Of a stretch of DNA of 64,000 nucleotides, positions 22,128-34,900 are shown piece by piece. The translations under genes and the position numbers were made by a program. How positions within the stretch are numbered: position 1 is the first letter of the stretch; each line of letters begins with the position of its first letter. The stretch spans positions 623,968,001 through 624,032,000 of the forward strand of contig NC_067400.1 of NCBI RefSeq assembly GCF_016432865.1. Direction: 5' to 3'. The notes beneath the pieces were generated by a model. That model had not been told where the DNA came from and made no database searches. It saw only the letters and a list, made by a program, of their open reading frames with translations. This DNA comes from Antechinus flavipes. Its lineage: Eukaryota.

Positions 22128-23594
22128 GAGTTATGAAGCCATTAACATGTGTGTGTGCTTGGGTGGGAGGGGCACAGTCCCGCCCGCTGGCCCAGTGCCT
22201 CATTTCCCTGAGTGTGCCCAGGGAGAGGTGCCAGCCTGCAGGGGAGGCTGGAGCCAGGGCACAGGGAGGAAGCCCCCTCCCCCAGCCTCTCAGACCTTGG
22301 GGCTCCAGTCTCACCCCTCCCTTTCTCCCTGCCTAGGGTCCCTGCCCAGGTCATGGCCCTTTTCTATCCCACCGCCCATCCCAGGGCCCAAAGAGCAAAG
22401 TGTGCCTTCCCCATCCCCCTCTCCCCAACCTCCTGAGGTCCCTTTCATCCCTCGGATCCTCCCCCTCCCCCTGGCCTGCGGCCTTTATCCACCAGTAACC
22501 CCGATAAGGACCGGATGGAATTAATTAGTCAGGTGGCCTCAGGATTGTAGGGGGAGGGAAGGTGGGCAGGAGGGCTTAGGGGTGAGTGGGGGGTCTCTGA
22601 GGATGCCCAGGAGGGGTCAGGAGGTGGCCTGAGGTGGGGAGGGCGTGGAAGAAGGGATGGGACCCCTCTTGGGGACCAGGATGGGGGCCGAGAGCTTCAA
22701 GCGTGCTGAAGGTCAGAACGGGGACAGAAAAGGGATTAAGAAGCAGGGACAGTTTCCACGGCTAATCCCCGGGGGAAGCTGACCCCCGAGGCTTTCAGGC
22801 CAGTCATCTGGGGCGAAGAGGGGCGGGGCACAGCCCGCTCCTTGCCTCTTTTTTTTCCTCCCACATAAAAGAACACTAACTCAGAGGACCCGAGTCCCAA
22901 CCTCCCTGCGCCCGTTTCCTCATCTAGAGACAAGGGAATTGGATTAGAGGGTCCGAGCTTCCCCACCGCCCCGTCGGGGAAACTCCGCGGCTCCTGCCCG
23001 CGAGGGTGGGGCCTGACACGGGTAGGGGTCTGAGGAGGGCGTCTGGGCCGACTCCCTTATTTTTGATCTGGGGAAACTGAATCTCGGAAAGGCGATCTGC
23101 TCTGGGATCCCGGGGTAGGTTGAAGTTCAACCTGTGCAGGGGATGACGTGGAAAAGTAGTGGGCTGGGGGCAGGAGGGAGAAGGGGAGGGGAAGGGGGCG
23201 AGGACACCTCCAGGAGGGGAGGAGCTTGATTGAGAAGAGATGGAGCTGAGCAAATAGAAATTAGAGAAGGGGCGGGGCCTGAGGAAGGGGTGGAGTCTAG
23301 AGGAGAAGAGAAAGGGCGGAGGCCACGCCCTCCTCCACAGCCTTCAGCTGTTGCTAAGCAACCGAAGTCCCCCCCCCCTTTCCTTTCCGAGCCGAAGCTC
23401 TGTGACTCCCCTCAAAAACGCTCGGGGTATAAGAGAAGACACGCCCCCTTCGTTTGTCTCGCGGCCTTCTCACGCAGGCGCAGATGTCTTTGTCCATCAC
23501 AAGCCAAAGCTTTCTCTTGTCAGCTCCCTGTCACTTTTTTCGGGGGCGGATCCTTTGGGTCCTTGGTGCACCGCCCATCTGAGCGGAGCCCCAA

Positions 23595-23940
23595 CTTTCA
23601 TTGGGTCTGACGTGGAGGGCGTGTCCCTGAGACCTTTCCACCGAGTTCTATTGGTTCGCTCGGTCACCCTCCCCTTGTCCACCGAGGCAACGCGGCCGCC
23701 TCACGCCCCGCCTCCTTTCGGCTTCATTGGCCCAGGAGACCCGCCCCTCAACGCCCATTGGGCGCACGGAAGCCGAGCTCAGGTTCCGATTGGCCGGGGG
23801 GCGGCCTCACACGAGAGCGGAGGCGGTGGCGGCGGCGGCCCCGGGAGCGGCCGAAGGGGCTGAGCGTAGCCCCAAGGACCCGCGGAGAACCGGCGGCCCG
23901 AGTCACGCTGCGGGCCCGCTCCGGGCTGCCTCAGCCACCA
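23595..23940 (+). promoter_or_regulatory. CYTH2 CpG promoter with five inverted CCAAT boxes and a CRE half-site
   Basis: ATTGG at 23600, 23650, 23726, 23757, 23789 (last three spaced 31-32 bp, NF-Y-like); TGACGT at 23608; GC boxes. Confidence 0.65.
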
Positions 23941-26900
23941 TGGAGGACGGAGTCTATGGTGAGGCGACCGCGGAGCGAGCTCCGGGGGCCAGGGGGCTGG
24001 GAGGGGAAGGGACGTTCCATTCCATTGTTCAGGACGGTACCATTTCCGGCCGGCGCAGGGGGGCGTGGTCGAAACCATTCCCTGGGCGAGTCCATTTCCT
24101 GCCGATGGGATGTACTATCCCAGGCTCTCGTATCGGGGGAGCCTTTGGCTCGGGAGAGACCATTCTTCTTGGAAGGGGGAATCATCCGGGAAAGATGAAG
24201 GCCAGGGACGAGTTAGGAGAGGGAGCCAGCTAAGTGGGGACCAGCGGGAGAGTCGGTGCCCTTCCTTCCCGTCCCCATTCCCAGACTTAGTTTTAGCCTA
24301 GCCCCGCTCTGCCTCAGTTTCCCCCGGAGACCTCGGGCACTCAAGGAGTGTGAGCACCCGCGTGCGCGGCACATGCACGGCCCGCCCGTCGGGGGGCGCG
24401 GGGGCGCGCGTGTCCCTCAGCCCCCGCCGTGCCCCGCAGTGCCCCCGGACCTGACCCCCGAGGAGCGCCTGGAGCTGGAGAGCATCCGTCGGCGCAAACA
24501 GGAGCTGCTGGTGGAGATCCAGCGCCTCCGCGATGAGCTCAGCGAGGCCATGAGCGAGGTGGAGGGCCTGGAGGCCAACGAGGGCAGGTGGGAGCCCGGC
24601 TCCTCCCCCTGTCCCGGCACACAGCCGGTGCCTAATAAATGCCTGCTGACTTCTCCGGGAACTGGGCCTCCCTTCAGTGGCGGAAGAGGGACTCCAGCCC
24701 CAGGGGGGCCCCAGCCCCCCAGTTCCAGGGGGGCCCCAGATCCCCAGCCCCCCAGCCCCAGGGGAGCCCCAGACCCCAGCCCCAGGGGAGCCCCAGCCCC
24801 CCAGCCCCAGGGGAGCCCCAGATCCCCAGCCCCAGGGGGGCCCCAGCCCCCCAGTTCCAGGGGAGCCCCAGATCCCCAGCCCCAGGGGGGCCCCAGCCCC
24901 AGGGGGGCCCCAGACCCCAAGTGGGAGGCTCCCCAGCTGCTCATGTCTCCCGTTCTCCCCTTTGCAGTAAGACCCTGCAGAGGAACCGCAAGATGGCCAT
25001 GGGGAGGAAGAAGTTCAACATGGATCCCAAGAAGGTACCCGGGGTGCTGTGGGGGGCGCCTGGGGGGTGGAGAGCCCCGGGACCCCCCCTCACTCCCAGT
25101 GCCTCCCCAGGGAATACAGTTCCTGGTGGAAAACGAGCTGCTGCAGAACACCCCCGAGGAGATCTCCCGCTTCCTGTACAAGGGCGAGGGCCTCAACAAG
25201 ACGGCCATCGGCGACTACCTGGGGGAGCGGTAAGGGCGGCCCGGAGCGGGGGGCGGGGCTCCCCTCCCGGGGCTCACGGCGTCCCCTCTCTCCCCGCAGG
25301 GAGGAGCTGAACCTGGCCGTCCTCCACGCCTTCGTGGACCTGCACGAGTTCACGGACCTCAACCTGGTGCAGGCGCTCAGGTGACCGTGCGGGACGCCCC
25401 CAGGCGCGGGACCAGCACAGGGCCCCTGGGGGGGAGACGGTGCCCTCCCTTGTGACCTCTGGGCCCCGGGGGGGGGGGGGCTATCCCGGCTGCCCCTCCC
25501 CCAGTGTCCCCCCTCACTGCCCTCCTCCACCTCAGACAGTTCCTCTGGAGCTTCCGCCTTCCCGGGGAGGCCCAGAAGATCGACCGCATGATGGAGGCCT
25601 TCGCCCAGCGCTACTGCCTGTGCAACCCGGGCGTCTTCCAGTCCACAGGTGGGCCCCGGCGCCGGGGAGGGAGGCGGCCGCTGGGGCGGGAGAAGGGCCC
25701 CCCGAGGGGAAGGGGCGGCTTCAGCAGCGGGAGCCCCTGAGTCCCTCCCTCTCGGCGCAGACACCTGCTACGTCCTCTCCTTCGCCGTGATCATGCTGAA
25801 CACCAGCCTCCACAACCCCAACGTGCGGGACAAGCCGGGCGTCGAGAGGTTCATCACCATGAACCGGGGCATCAACAACGGGGGGGACCTGCCCGAGGAG
25901 CTGCTCAGGGTGAGCTCCCCCGCCTGCCGTCCCCGGGCCCTCTCCTCGGGGGGTCCCCCTCTTCTCCGGGGACGAGGCCTCTCCTCGGCCTCCCTTCGGG
26001 CCCCCTCTCAGCCGGGGGGGGCCCTCACGCAGCCCCCCCTTTCCTCAGAACTTGTACGACAGCATCCGCAACGAGCCCTTCAAGATCCCCGAGGACGACG
26101 GCAACGACCTCACCCACACCTTCTTCAACCCCGACCGGGAGGGCTGGCTCCTCAAGCTGGGTACGGCGCCGCGGGGGCGGCCCTGGGGGGCGGGGGGCGC
26201 GGGCGGGGCGGGGCGGGGGTCTGGGCGGCCCCTCCTCGTCTGGACGTAACTAGTTTTCTCCATCTCTCTCTCCCCTCCCCTCCCCCGCCGTGTCGCTCCC
26301 TCCCGGGCCTTCCGCGTCCCCCCACCCGCCTCGCCCCGTGTCCGTGGCTGTCTGTCTCTCCGTCTTTGCTTCTCTCTGTGTCTCTTGGGGGGCGCCCCCT
26401 CCCTTGGCCTCCTTCTCCTTGCTGCCTGGTCCTGCTTGTTCTGCCCTCTCCCCCAGGAGGTAGGTACCTGTCTGCTCCTCGCTCCCCTGCCCTCGGCCCC
26501 GGGGGAGACGGGCCCGGACCCGGCTGTGGAGACTGGGGGTGGGCGCGCGGTCGGGGTCCCGAGGAGAAGGCAGAGCCGGGGGGCTGGATAGCGGGCCCCC
26601 CCCCTCGCTCTCCCTGCCTCCTCTCAGGGCTCTGCTCTTCTGCCCTTTGCCCGCCCCTCCCAGACCCCTCCGACCCCCCCATTGTTGGGCCTGACCTGGC
26701 CCCCCCTGCTGAGCCCGCCCCCGCCCCCTCCTTCCCTTACAGGGGGCCGGGTGAAGACCTGGAAACGGCGCTGGTTCATCCTCACCGACAACTGTCTCTA
26801 CTACTTTGAGTACACGACGGTGAGGGGGCCGAGGGGGAGGGATGGCTGGGGGGGGGGAGGCCAGGCTGGGGGGGGGGCTGGGCCTAAGACTCCCCCGGTT

Positions 26901-27475
26901 CTGCAGGACAAGGAACCCCGGGGGATCATCCCCTTGGAGAATCTGAGCATCCGAGAAGTGGAGGATCCTCGGAAGCCGGTGAGCACCCAGCAGCCTCTGC
27001 TTCTTGTATCTCTGCCCAAAGAGGCTCCCTCTCTCGGTCTCCCCTTCCCCCTCCCTCTCTGCATCTTCCCCTCCCCCTCTCTGGGTCTCCCCCTCCCCCT
27101 CCCTCTCTGGGTCTCCCCCTCCCCCTCTCTGGGGCTCCCCTGAGCTCCGTGTCTCCCCCAGAACTGCTTTGAGCTCTACATCCCGAACAACAAGGGGCAG
27201 CTGATCAAGGCCTGTAAGACGGAGGCCGACGGGCGCGTGGTGGAGGGCAACCACATGGTCTACCGAATCTCGGCCCCCACGCAGGAGGAGAAGGACGAGT
27301 GGATCAAATCCATCAAGTAAGGTTCTGGGGGGAGGGGCGGGGGGGGGGGGTGCCGTGGCCCGTGCTGACCTCTGCCTCCCCTCCCAGGGCCGCGGTCAGC
27401 GTGGACCCCTTCTACGAGATGCTGGCGGCCCGCAAGAAGAGGATCTCTGTCAAGAAGAAGCAGGAGCAGGCTTGA
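23940..27475 (+). CDS. CYTH2: Cytohesin-2 (ARNO), Sec7 plus PH domain ARF-GEF
   Basis: Exons 23940-23958, 24440-24587, 24968-25034, 25111-25229, 25300-25380, 25536-25648, 25761-25909, 26049-26160, [26457-26459], 26743-26819, 26907-26978, 27162-27316, 27388-27475. Start MEDGVY, Sec7 [17 protein letters not shown] domain, polybasic C-terminus. Phases are consistent. Confidence 0.97.
24690..24920. repeat. Short GC-rich tandem repeat in CYTH2 intron 2
   Basis: CCCCAGGGG(A/G)GCCCCAG(A/C)CCCCAG units. Confidence 0.8.
26457..26459 (+). CDS. CYTH2: 3-nt microexon (GAG) giving the triglycine PH-domain isoform
   Basis: Polypyrimidine tract then CCCCAG|GAG|GTAGGT. Inclusion turns KLGGR into KLGGGR, matching the known cytohesin 2G/3G splicing. 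Confidence 0.85.
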
Positions 27476-28969
27476 CCCGGGCGGGGGCCTGGCCTGCCTC
27501 CCCTGCCCAGCCCGGCCCTGCCCCCCTTCTTTCCCAGAGGCAATAACCCCACTGCCCCCAACCTGGCCCCTGGCCCTGCCTTCCACTTATTTATTGGGGG
27601 CTGAGGGGCCGGACCCCTGGGTGCCCCGACGCCCTCTCTCGGGGCAAAGGAGAATTTTCTACACGTGGTTTCTCTTCATTTATTTGTAATTAATTCATTA
27701 TTATTATTATTAATATGACGACGGTCGCTATTGTTGTTGTCTGATTGGGAGCGCAGCCTGGTGTGGTGGGAGGGGGCTGGAGAGCCCCCGGAGCCCCTGG
27801 AGTCTGGCGGGTCGGGCCGCCTCGCGTAGGGGGGCCGGCCTCCTGGGCTGTGGGAGGCGGGAGTCCTTCGCTGCCCCCCCAGCATCCTTCTCTGAGGAGC
27901 AGCAGAAGGTGGTCCCAGGTGTGCGCTGGGAAACTTGCCAGGTCGGCCGGGGTGACCACGTGGCCCCCTCCGAGGCTCCCACCCCCTCGGGGACCCAGCA
28001 CCCCACCTCCCCCCGCTGAGGGCCCGGCCTCCCTGTGGATGTGCACATGAGGCAGAGGGACCCCGACCTCCCTCAGCGGCTCCCCCTCAGTCTCCAGCGA
28101 GGGAAGTGACCCGGAGGACCAGGAAAGTGGGGGGGGCCTGGCAGCAGCTCTGGGAGCCAGGACTTCGGGGCTGCTCTCACGAGAACCAGGGAGACCCAAG
28201 GGCCAAGTCAGGCCCCTCCCCCGAAGCGGCCCCCGGGGCCCCCAGTGAGCTCCGGGCCTCGGTGGCAGGCGTTCGAGGGCAGGTCCTTGGCTTGTGGGCC
28301 GAGCCCGGCACCCCGGACACTAGGCACTTAGTGAGTGTGGAACGGCGGGCGCCCCGCAAAATGCCCGGCGCACAGTCGGCCCCTGCAAATGCGCGCTGAG
28401 ACGGGGGAGGGGAAAAGGAAGGCGGGAGCCCCGAAAGAGGAGGACAAATGAGCCGGCCCCCCAGCCCCCCCAGGCCCCCCACACACACGCGCTCAGCCTT
28501 AGCTCCAAAAAGTTGTCTGTCTTTTTAAATAACATGAAAACGGACATCTCTGGCCTTGGGCCGGGGAGGGGGTGGGGCAAGGGGGGAGCAGGGGCCTAGG
28601 CCCCTCCATGCCCCGAGGGGAGGTAGGGCAGGGGGTCCCCGAGTCCTGAGGTGCCCCGCTGGGTCGGTCTGATCCCTGGGTGGAGCTGGGGCTGGGCCCA
28701 GGGGAGTCCTGAGGGCTGGGGGTCGGGGCTGGGGGTTTCCTCTTCCTCTCACTCAGCTCCGGGGGGCTGAGGCACGCTGGCTGGGGGAACCAGTTCTGGG
28801 GGGCTGGGGGGGAGGGGGCCCCGCCCCCCTGCTTGGCATCCAGGTGATGAGGGCTGGGGCCCGGCCTCGGGAGCCTCTCCCGACTCGGTGACTCTGTCTC
28901 CGGCTCCTCTCGGCCCCTCTTCTGGGGGGCCCGCTGGGGGGGGCCCCGGGAGGTGAGGACCTCGGGGCA

Positions 28970-31900
28970 TCAGTTCTCCACGGGGCCTGGTGGGAAGAGG
29001 TAGGAAGGCCGGGTAAAAGGGAGGCTGCCCGAGGGGCTCCCAGCGCCCGGTCCCGGCCCCGGCTGGGCTCCGGACTTCTCCCCAAGTGGGCCTGGGACGC
29101 TCTGTCTGCTTCTCTGAGACCTCTCACCCCCTGGCTCCGGCCCCTGCCCGGGCCTGACTCCGGCCCCCACCTGCCCGGGGAGCCCGGGGCCCACCAGAGG
29201 AGCCTCCAGCCCTCCCAGGGCTTCGGAGGCCCAAGCTTTCATCCTCTCTGGCTTCAGTTCCCCCGCCTGGATTGTCTGAGGCTGGCTGTTGTTCTCTGGT
29301 AACTCCCAGAATCCTCCCTGACTCCAAAACTCACCTTGACTCTTCCCTTCCTCTCCCCCTGTCCCATCCCTCCCTCCCCTTCCCGCCGGGCCCACCCCAT
29401 CTTCACTCTCACTTCTCTGGCCCCGGAACCGCTCCGGGCCCTTCTCCAACCCGCAGCCCCTCCCCAGCCTCCAAGCCCGCTCCTCCCATCCCATCGCCAG
29501 GTTCTAGGCTGGCGGTCCCCGGCCCATCTCCCAGCCTCCTTTGCCAATCAGCCTGTGGGGTCCGAGGGCAGAATGCGAAGTACCTGCGGGGCAGACGGCG
29601 TCTGGGGGCCTGGCCGGGGCCCCTGGGGTCTCCAGTGCAGGTGAGACGGAGAAGCGGGAGAAGCAGAGTGGGGGGCCTGGCGGGGGGAGCAGGGGGAAAT
29701 CCTCCCCCCACTCGAAACTGCCTCCTGGATGGTGGAGAAGGGAAGCCAGTCTTCTCAACCTGGAACCGCGGAACCCCTCCCCCCCGCACCTGGAACCCCT
29801 CCCCCCCACCTGGAACCCCTTCCCCGCCCCGGCTTCCCTTCTCTCCCCCACCCCGCTCCGAAATTCTCTTCTTCCCTCACCGAAGCCGCTGTCGGGGAAC
29901 CCATCTCCAGGGCTGGGGGGATGAGGAGGTGTCGGCGGGGCTGGGGGCGTCGAAGGCTCCGGGTCCCCCTCGGGGGGAGCCTGGACGCTCAGCTCGTTGG
30001 TCGGGGTCTCCTGGAACAGCCGTGGGGCCCGGTCAGAGGAAGGGGGTGCAGGGGGATCCCGCCCCGGCTGAAGCACAGCCCCGAGGGCAGCCCCCTGTCC
30101 CAGGCATCCCCCGGGTCTCAGGGCTCCGAAGAGGCAACCCCTTCACTACGCAGACGGGGCCACTGAGGCAGAGCTTAAGTGACGGGTCCGAGCGGAGGAG
30201 ATACTAGGTGTGGGGCGGATGGGATTGGAGTCCAGGTCTCGGACCGTCAGCTCAGCGCCGGGGGCTCCCCGCCCCCCTCCGCCCCCCCCGCCCTCCGACT
30301 CCTCCCTGACTCCGCCCCTCGGGGCGCACCTGGTCGAAGAGGTAGACGGTCACGTCCCCATGAAAGGAGACCATCTTGCGCTTCCGCTCCAGCTCCAAGC
30401 TCTCCTCGGCCTCGTCGGCCCCTCGGGGCGATTTGAGCAGCCCCCGGAGCGGGCGGCTCCGGTCCCCGTCGGCACTGCTCACCACGATGGGCACCGGGGC
30501 TGCCCGGCCCCTCCCAGGGCCCCGGGCCGCCGCCTCCTCGCCCTCCCCCACGGCCGCCCCGTCGTCCTCCTCCTCCTCCTCGTCCTCCCCGTCCTCCAGC
30601 AGCCCCAGGGCCCCCGGGCCGCCGGACTCCGCGCCAAGGACCCCGGCGTCCCCAGCCTCCCAGGGGGGCCGTCGAGGGCCCGGCCCCGGGAACGGGGTAA
30701 GGGAGAGCGGAGGCAGGGCCAGCGACAGGCGAGACAGCTTGGCTGCGAGGGCCAGAGAGAGGGAGACATAAGTAGACGATGCCCCGGGGGCCCCCAAGAT
30801 AAGCCCGCCGCCCTCAGCTCGCGGCCCCCAAGCTGGCTCTCTCCCCGCCCCGCGGCCGTCTCCCCTTCCAGCCTGGGGGCGGGGGAGGGGCGGGAAGGGC
30901 AGCCAGCCCATCTCCTCCGAGGTCCAAGCTCCCTGCGGGCCCTTCCTCCCCGCCCGGGGCGCAGCTCTCCTCGCTGAGCCGCTCCTGAGCTTGACATCCC
31001 GGGGCTCCCCCGGGGGCTCTGACCGCCTTCGGGGGCTATGCCCACAACGGCATGTGACCCGAGGGCTTTAATCTAGGCCCCAGACTTTAGCACAGTGCTA
31101 GGCACACGGTACATGGGCCATCTGTGGGCCCGAAGGAACCGTTGCTATGAGCCCGTTTTACAGATGTGACTGTCCCAGTCACTTAGGAAAGCTCAGCAGG
31201 ATGCGAATTCTGCTCTTCCTGACTCCTCTGGGGCCCAGGAGACAGGATCAGATCGCTCCGTGTCATACACTGGGAAAGGGCTCCTGTGGCTCCTTTAGCG
31301 ACCCTCCATGATTCTGGGGCCGTTCTCAGTCACCTCCCGATGCTCTGGGTCACCTCCCAACCGGCACAGGGGAGTGGGGAGATGCCGAGAGCCTGGAGTC
31401 AGGAAGTCCTCAAACCCAGCCTCAGACACTAGTCTCCCTGGGCAAGTCACATTACCTGTCCTCAGCTTCCCTCTCCTTAAAGTGGGGATAATCATAGTAT
31501 CTGCCTCCCCGGGGGTTGTGGAGATCAAATGAGACATTACATGGAAGATGCTTGTCCCAGTGCTTGGGGTGCTTAATAAATGCTTGTTCCCTTCCCACCT
31601 GCCCAAAGGCAATGCTTTCCCCCCTCCCCAACCTTTTGGTCACTGCCCAGCCCACTGCCCACCTCACTGCCCAGCCCACCGCTCAGCTCACTGTCCAACT
31701 CACTGCCCAACTCACTGCCCAACCCACTGCCTAGCCCAACTCACTGCCCAGCTCACTGCCCAGCCCATCACCCAGCCCACTGCCCAGCTCACTGCCCAGC
31801 CCACTGCCCAACTCACTGCCCAGCCCACTGCTCAGCTCACTGCCCAGCCCATCACCCAGCCCACTGCCCAGCCCACTGCCCAACTCACCATCCAGCCCAC

Positions 31901-34900
31901 TGCCCAACTCACTGCCCAACCCACTGCCCAACTCACTGCCCAGCCCACCGCTCAGCTCACTGCCCAGCCCATCACCCAGCCCACTGCCCAACTCACTGCC
32001 CAGCCCACTGCCCAGCTCACTGCCCAGCCCATTGCCCAACTCACTGCCCAGCCCACCGCTCAGCTCACTGCCCAGCCCATCACCCAGCCCACTGCCCAGC
32101 CCACTGCCCAGCTCACTGCCCAGCCCATTGCCCAACTCACTGCCCAGCCCACTGCTCAGCTCACTGCCCAGCCCATCACCCAGCCCACTGCCCAGCCCAC
32201 TGCCCAGCCCGCTGCCCAACTCACTGCCCAGCCCACTGCTCAGCTCACTGCCCAGCCCATCACCCAGCCCACTGCCCAGCCCACTGCCCAGCCCACTGCT
32301 CAGCTCACTGCCCAGCCCATCACCCAGCCCACTGCCCAGCCCACTGCCCAGCCCACTGCCCAACTCACTGCCCAGCCCACTGCCCAGCTCACTGCCCAGC
32401 CCATTGCCCAACTCACTGCCCAGCCCATCACCCAGCCCACTGCCCAGCTCACTGCCCAGCCCATTGCCCAACTCACTGCCCAGCCCACTGCTCAGCTCAC
32501 TGCCCAGCCCATCACCCAGCCCACTGCCCAGCCCACTGCCCAGCCCGCTGCCCAACTCACTGCCCAGCCCACTGCCCAGCTCACTGTCCAACTCACTGCC
32601 CAACTCACTGCCCAGCCCACTGCCCAACTCACCATCCAGCCCACTGCCCAACTCACTGCCCAGCCCACTGCCCAGCCACTGCCCAGCCCACCACTCAGCT
32701 CACTGCCCAGCCCATCACCCAGCCCACTGCCCAGCCCACTGCCCAACTCACTGCCCAGCCCACTGCCCAACTCACTGTCCAGCCCACTGCCCAACTCACT
32801 GCCCAGCCCACTGTCCAGCCTTCTGCCCAACTCAGCCCAGCCCAACTCACTGCCCAGCACACTGCCCAACTCACCATCCAGCCCACTGTCCAACTCACCG
32901 CCCAACTCACTGCCCAGCCCACTGCCCAGCCCGCTGCCCAACTCACTACCCAGCCCACTGCCCAGCTCACTGTCCAACTCACTGCCCAACTCACTGCCCA
33001 GCCCACTGCCCAACTCACCATCCAGCCCACTGCCCAACTCACCATCCAGCCCACTGCCCAACTCACTGCCCAGCCCACTGCCTAGCTCACTGCCCAGCCC
33101 ACTGCCCAGCCCATTGCCCAACTCACTGCCCAGCCCATCACCCAGCCCACTGCCCAGCCCACTGCCCAACTCACTGCCCAGCTCACTGCCCAACTCACTG
33201 TCCAGCCCACTGCCCAACTCACTGCCTAGCCCACTGTCCAGCCTTCTGCCCAACTCAGCCCAGCCCAACTCACTGCCCAGCACACTGCCCAACTCACCAT
33301 CCAGCCCACTGCCCAACTCACCGCCCAACTCACTGCCCAGCCCACTGCCCAACTCACCGCCCAGCTCACCGCCCAACTCACTGCCCAGCCCACTGCCCAA
33401 CTCACCGCCCAGCTCACTGCCCAGCCCACTGCCCAACTCACTGCCCAGCCCACTGCCCAGCTCACTGTCCAACTCACAGCCCAACCCACTGCCTAGCCCA
33501 ACTCACCACCAAGCCCACTGCCCAGCCCGCTGCCCAACTCACTGCCCAGCCCACTGCCCAGCTCACTGCCCAGCCCACTGCCCAACTCACTGCCCAGCCC
33601 ACCGCTCAGCCCACTGCCCAGCTCACTGCCCAGCCCACTGCCCAACTCACTGCCCAGCCCACCGCTCAGCTCACTGCCCAGCCCATCACCCAGCCCACTG
33701 CCCAGCCCACTGCCCAACTCACCATCCAGCCCACTGCCCAACTCACTGCCCAGCCCACTGCCCAGCTCACTGCCCAGCCCATCACCCAACTCACTGCCCA
33801 GCCCACTGCCCAACTCACCGCCCAGCTCACCGCCCAACTCACTGCCCAGCCCACTGCTCAATTCACCGCCCAGCTCACTGCCCAGCCCACTGCCCAACTC
33901 ACTGCCCAGCCCACTGCCCAGCTCACTGTCCAACTCACAGCCCAACCCACTGCCTAGCCCAACTCACCACCAAGCCCACTGCCCAGCCCGCTGCCCAACT
34001 CACTGCCCAGCCCACTGCCCAGCTCACTGCCCAGCCCACTGCCCAACTCACTGCCCAGCCCACCGCTCAGCCCACTGCCCAGCTCACTGCCCAGCCCACT
34101 GCCCAACTCACTGCCCAGCCCACTGCCCAGCTCACTGTCCAACTCACAGCCCAACCCACTGCCTAGCCCAACTCACCACCAAGCCCACTGCCCAGCCCGC
34201 TGCCCAACTCACTGCCCAGCCCACCACTCAGCTCACTGCCCAGCCCATTGCCCAACTCACTGCCCAGCCCATCACCCAGCCCACTGCCCAGCTCACTGCC
34301 CAGCCCACTGCCCAACTCACTGCCCAGCCCACCGCTCAGCCCACTGCCCAGCCCATCACCCAGCCCACTGCCCAGCCCACTGCCCAACTCACCATCCAGC
34401 CCACTGCCCAACTCACTGCCCAGCCCACTGCCCAGCCCATTGCCCAACTCACTGCCCAGCCCATCACCCAGCCCACTGCCCAGCCCACTGCCCAACTCAC
34501 TGCCCAGCCCACTGCCCAACTCACCGCCCAGCTCACCGCCCAACTCACTGCCCAGCCCACTGCTCAATTCACCGCCCAGCTCACTGCCCAGCCCACTGCC
34601 CAACTCACTGCCCAGCCCACTGCCCAGCTCACTGTCCAACTCACAGCCCAACCCACTGCCTAGCCCAACTCACCACCAAGCCCACTGCCCAGCCCGCTGC
34701 CCAACTCACTGCCCAGCCCACTGCCCAGCTCACTGCCCAGCCCACCGCTCAGCCCACTGCCCAGCTCACTGCCCAGCCCACTGCCCAACTCACTGCCCAG
34801 CCCACCGCTCAGCTCACTGCCCAGCCCATCACCCAGCCCACTGCCCAGCCCACTGCCCAACTCACCATCCAGCCCACTGCCCAACTCACTGCCCAGCCCA

